Below are positions 61,575 to 64,000 of a DNA stretch of 64,000 nucleotides, one piece after another. A model generated the notes under the pieces. It had not been told where the DNA came from. It worked only from the letters and a program-made list of their open reading frames with translations, and ran no database searches. Position numbers and translations under genes: made by a program. The DNA lies in the NCBI GenBank assembly GCA_038087875.1, contig CM075993.1, forward strand, positions 2,234,001-2,298,000. Reading direction: 5' to 3'. The stretch's first letter is position 1. Each line of letters opens with the position of its first letter. This DNA comes from Malacoraja senta (taxonomy: Eukaryota).

Positions 61575-61873
61575 GGTGGCGCAGCGGTAGAGTTGTTGCC
61601 TTACAGCGCCAGAGACCCAGGTTCGATCCTGACTACAGGTGCTGACCGTATGGAGTTTGTACGTTCTCCCTCTGACCACGTGGTTTTTTTTCCCAAGTGC
61701 ACCGGCTTCCTCCCACACTCCAAAGCCAAACAAGTTTGTAGGTTAATTGGCTTGGTAAAATTGTAAATTGTCCCTAGTGTGTAGGTTGTGCTATTGTACG
61801 GAGATCGCTGGTAGGCGTGTTCTCGGTGGGCCGAAAGGCCTATTTCCGTGCTGTATCTCTAAACTAAACTAAA
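61575..61873 (+). mobile_element. HE1-like SINE (further partial copies at ~40-305, 5750-6030, 37350-37505, 47820-48110, 48600-48830, 62140-62390)
   Basis: Same consensus. Confidence 0.85.
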
Positions 61874-63271
61874 CATGTTGACAAGACCATGAAACATAGG
61901 AGCAGAATTATGCCATTCAGCCCATCCACTCTGCTCCGCCATTCGACCATGCCTGATCTATTTTTCTCTCTCAACCCCGATATCCTGTCTTCTACTTCAA
62001 CTCCCTTCTTAATCAGGAACCTATCAATCTCTGCTTTAAAAATACCCAAGGACTTGGCCTCCACAGCCATCTATGGCAATGAATTACAGAGATTCAACAC
62101 CCTTTAGCAAAAGAAATTCCTCCTCATCTCCATTCCAAAGGTTCGATCCTGATCTCGGGTGCTGTCTGTGTGGAGTTTGCATGTTCTCCCTGTACCTGCA
62201 TGGGTTTGCTCCGGGTGCTCTGGCTTCTTCTCACATCTTCAAGATGTGTGTGTTTGTGGGCTAATTGGCCTCTGTAAATTGCCCTTGGGTGTGAAAGTGG
62301 GATAACACAGAGCTAGTGGGAACTGGGGATCGATGGTCAATGTGGACTTGATAAGCAGAAGGGCCTGTTTCCATGCTGCATCTCTGAATCATTCAATTAA
62401 TCTCACGCCAAAGGTCTTCAAGCAAAAAGACGCAAAGTGCTGGAATAACTCAGCAGGTCACACAGCATCTCTGGAGAACATGGATCGGTGACGTTTTTGG
62501 GTTGGGACCCTTCTTACTGAGTTACTCAGACACTTTCTGGGTTTTTTTGTAAACTAGCATCAGCAGTCTCTTGTGTCTGAAGTTTTCCCATTGTTAGTTA
62601 CAATGTCACACCTGACACAGACAACTCCCTAGATAGACACAGAGTCTGGAGTAACTCAGCGGGACAGGCAACATCTCTGGAGAGAAGGAATGGGTGACGT
62701 TTCTGGTCAAGACCCAAAACGTCACCCATTCCCTCTATCCAGAGATGCTGCCTGTCCTGCTGAGTTACTACAGCATTTTGTATCTATCTTCGGTTTAAAC
62801 CAGCATCTGCAGTTCCTTTCATTCATTGTTCTTTATCTCTCCACATCACCGTCTATATCTCTCATTTCCCTTATCCCTAACCAGTCTGAAGATGGGTCTC
62901 GACCCAAAACATCACGCATTGCTTCACTCCAGAGATGCCGCCTGTCCCGCTGAGTTACTGTAGCATTTTGTGTCTATCTGCAGTTCCTTCCTGTTTTCAA
63001 GAGAGAGTTGGATTTAGCTCTTAGGGCGAAGGGAATCAAGGGATATGGGGATAAAGCCGGAATGGGGTACTGATTTTGGATGAACAGTCATGATCATATT
63101 GAATGGCGGTGCTGTTTCAAAGGGCTGAATGGCCTGCATCCTGCACCTATTTTCTATGTTTCTTTGTTCCTTCACAGACAACTCCACAGCCTCCTGAAAC
63201 AGCACTGATGACAAATGGTGAAACAGGATGAACTAACTACAATATTGAGCCGGTAAGGTTAATTTAATTAC

Positions 63272-63365
63272 CTGAGTAGTTGGGAGAACTCTTCCTTCGA
63301 CATGGATCCACTGCCATCAAGGTCGTACATTTTAAACATGAGCTTAGATTTGTCTTCTGGAGAAC
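63272..63365 (-). CDS. DUOX: Dual oxidase exon (first in window), EF-hand 2: (G)[30 protein letters not shown](R)
   Basis: 94-bp exon between ttccgcag acceptor and gtaatt donor; canonical EF-hand loop [12 protein letters not shown]; recognisably similar to vertebrate DUOX GSPEDKSRLMF..YDLD. Confidence 0.95.
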
Positions 63366-64000
63366 CTGCGGAAGGAAATTGGGATAGTTTTCAATTAGTA
63401 TGTGTTGGAAATAGTAATCAGCTTGTACAACAGGAAGACAATCTACAGTGTAAGAAAGAACTGCAGATGCTGGTTTAAACCGAAGATGGACATGAAAAAG
63501 TTGGAGTAACTCAGCAAGAAGGGTCACGCCCCGAAACTTCACCCATTCCTTCTCTCCTGAGATGCTGCCTGTCCCGCGGAGTTACTCCAGCTTTTTGGGA
63601 CAATCTAGTGATGGCTTTACGCCTTGCTGGGTGATTGAAAGTGCTTGCTTGTTGGAACAACATGGAGGGAGAACTATATATTTGGCCACCCATGCCTGAA
63701 GATGAGTCGCGACCTGAAACGTCACCCACTCCTTCTCTCCAGAGATGCTGCCTGTCCCGCTGAGTTACTCCAGCACGTTGGGTCTATCTTTGGTGTAAAC
63801 CAGCATCTGCAGTTCCTTCTTACACAAAGATTCTCACCAGCCATTTGGCAGTACTAAAGTAGCTTTTCTCACATGAACATACATTTGTTTGTTTAGTAAG
63901 GTTTGGTATTTGATTATTTGATTAGTAAGGGTCTCGGGTTATGGGGAGAAGGTAGGGGAATGGGGTTGAGAGGGAGAGATAGATCAGCCATGATTGGATG

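Overview
Vertebrate nuclear DNA. The repeat families present (HE1-type tRNA/V-SINEs, CR1/HER1-type LINEs) point to a cartilaginous fish, probably a skate or ray (inference). The right third carries the 3' part of a dual oxidase (DUOX) gene on the minus strand. I spliced 15 GT-AG exons by hand (63365 down to the stop at 40896) into one continuous ~696-aa frame running from EF-hand 2 through the ferric-reductase TM region and the FAD/NADPH domains to ...HHFENF*. The left part contains a CpG-rich minus-strand promoter (ETS x2, GC box, RFX X-boxes) with a non-coding first exon of an unidentified gene. This block appears twice because ~3.3 kb is duplicated across a 200-N gap, probably an assembly artefact. 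An ~8.5-kb compound (CA)n array abuts it. The rest is dense, often nested mobile DNA: SINE>CR1>CR1, a Nimb/I-like LINE with an intact RNase H ORF, Rex/Babar fragments, Helitron, hAT and Harbinger MITEs. There is also a very abundant Penelope-derived, often palindromic repeat that carries a minimal hammerhead ribozyme core. Other oddities are a ~230-bp long-range templated insertion and an X-box-containing minisatellite split by the giant CA array. The long HT/CV ORFs in the ORF track are microsatellite artefacts.
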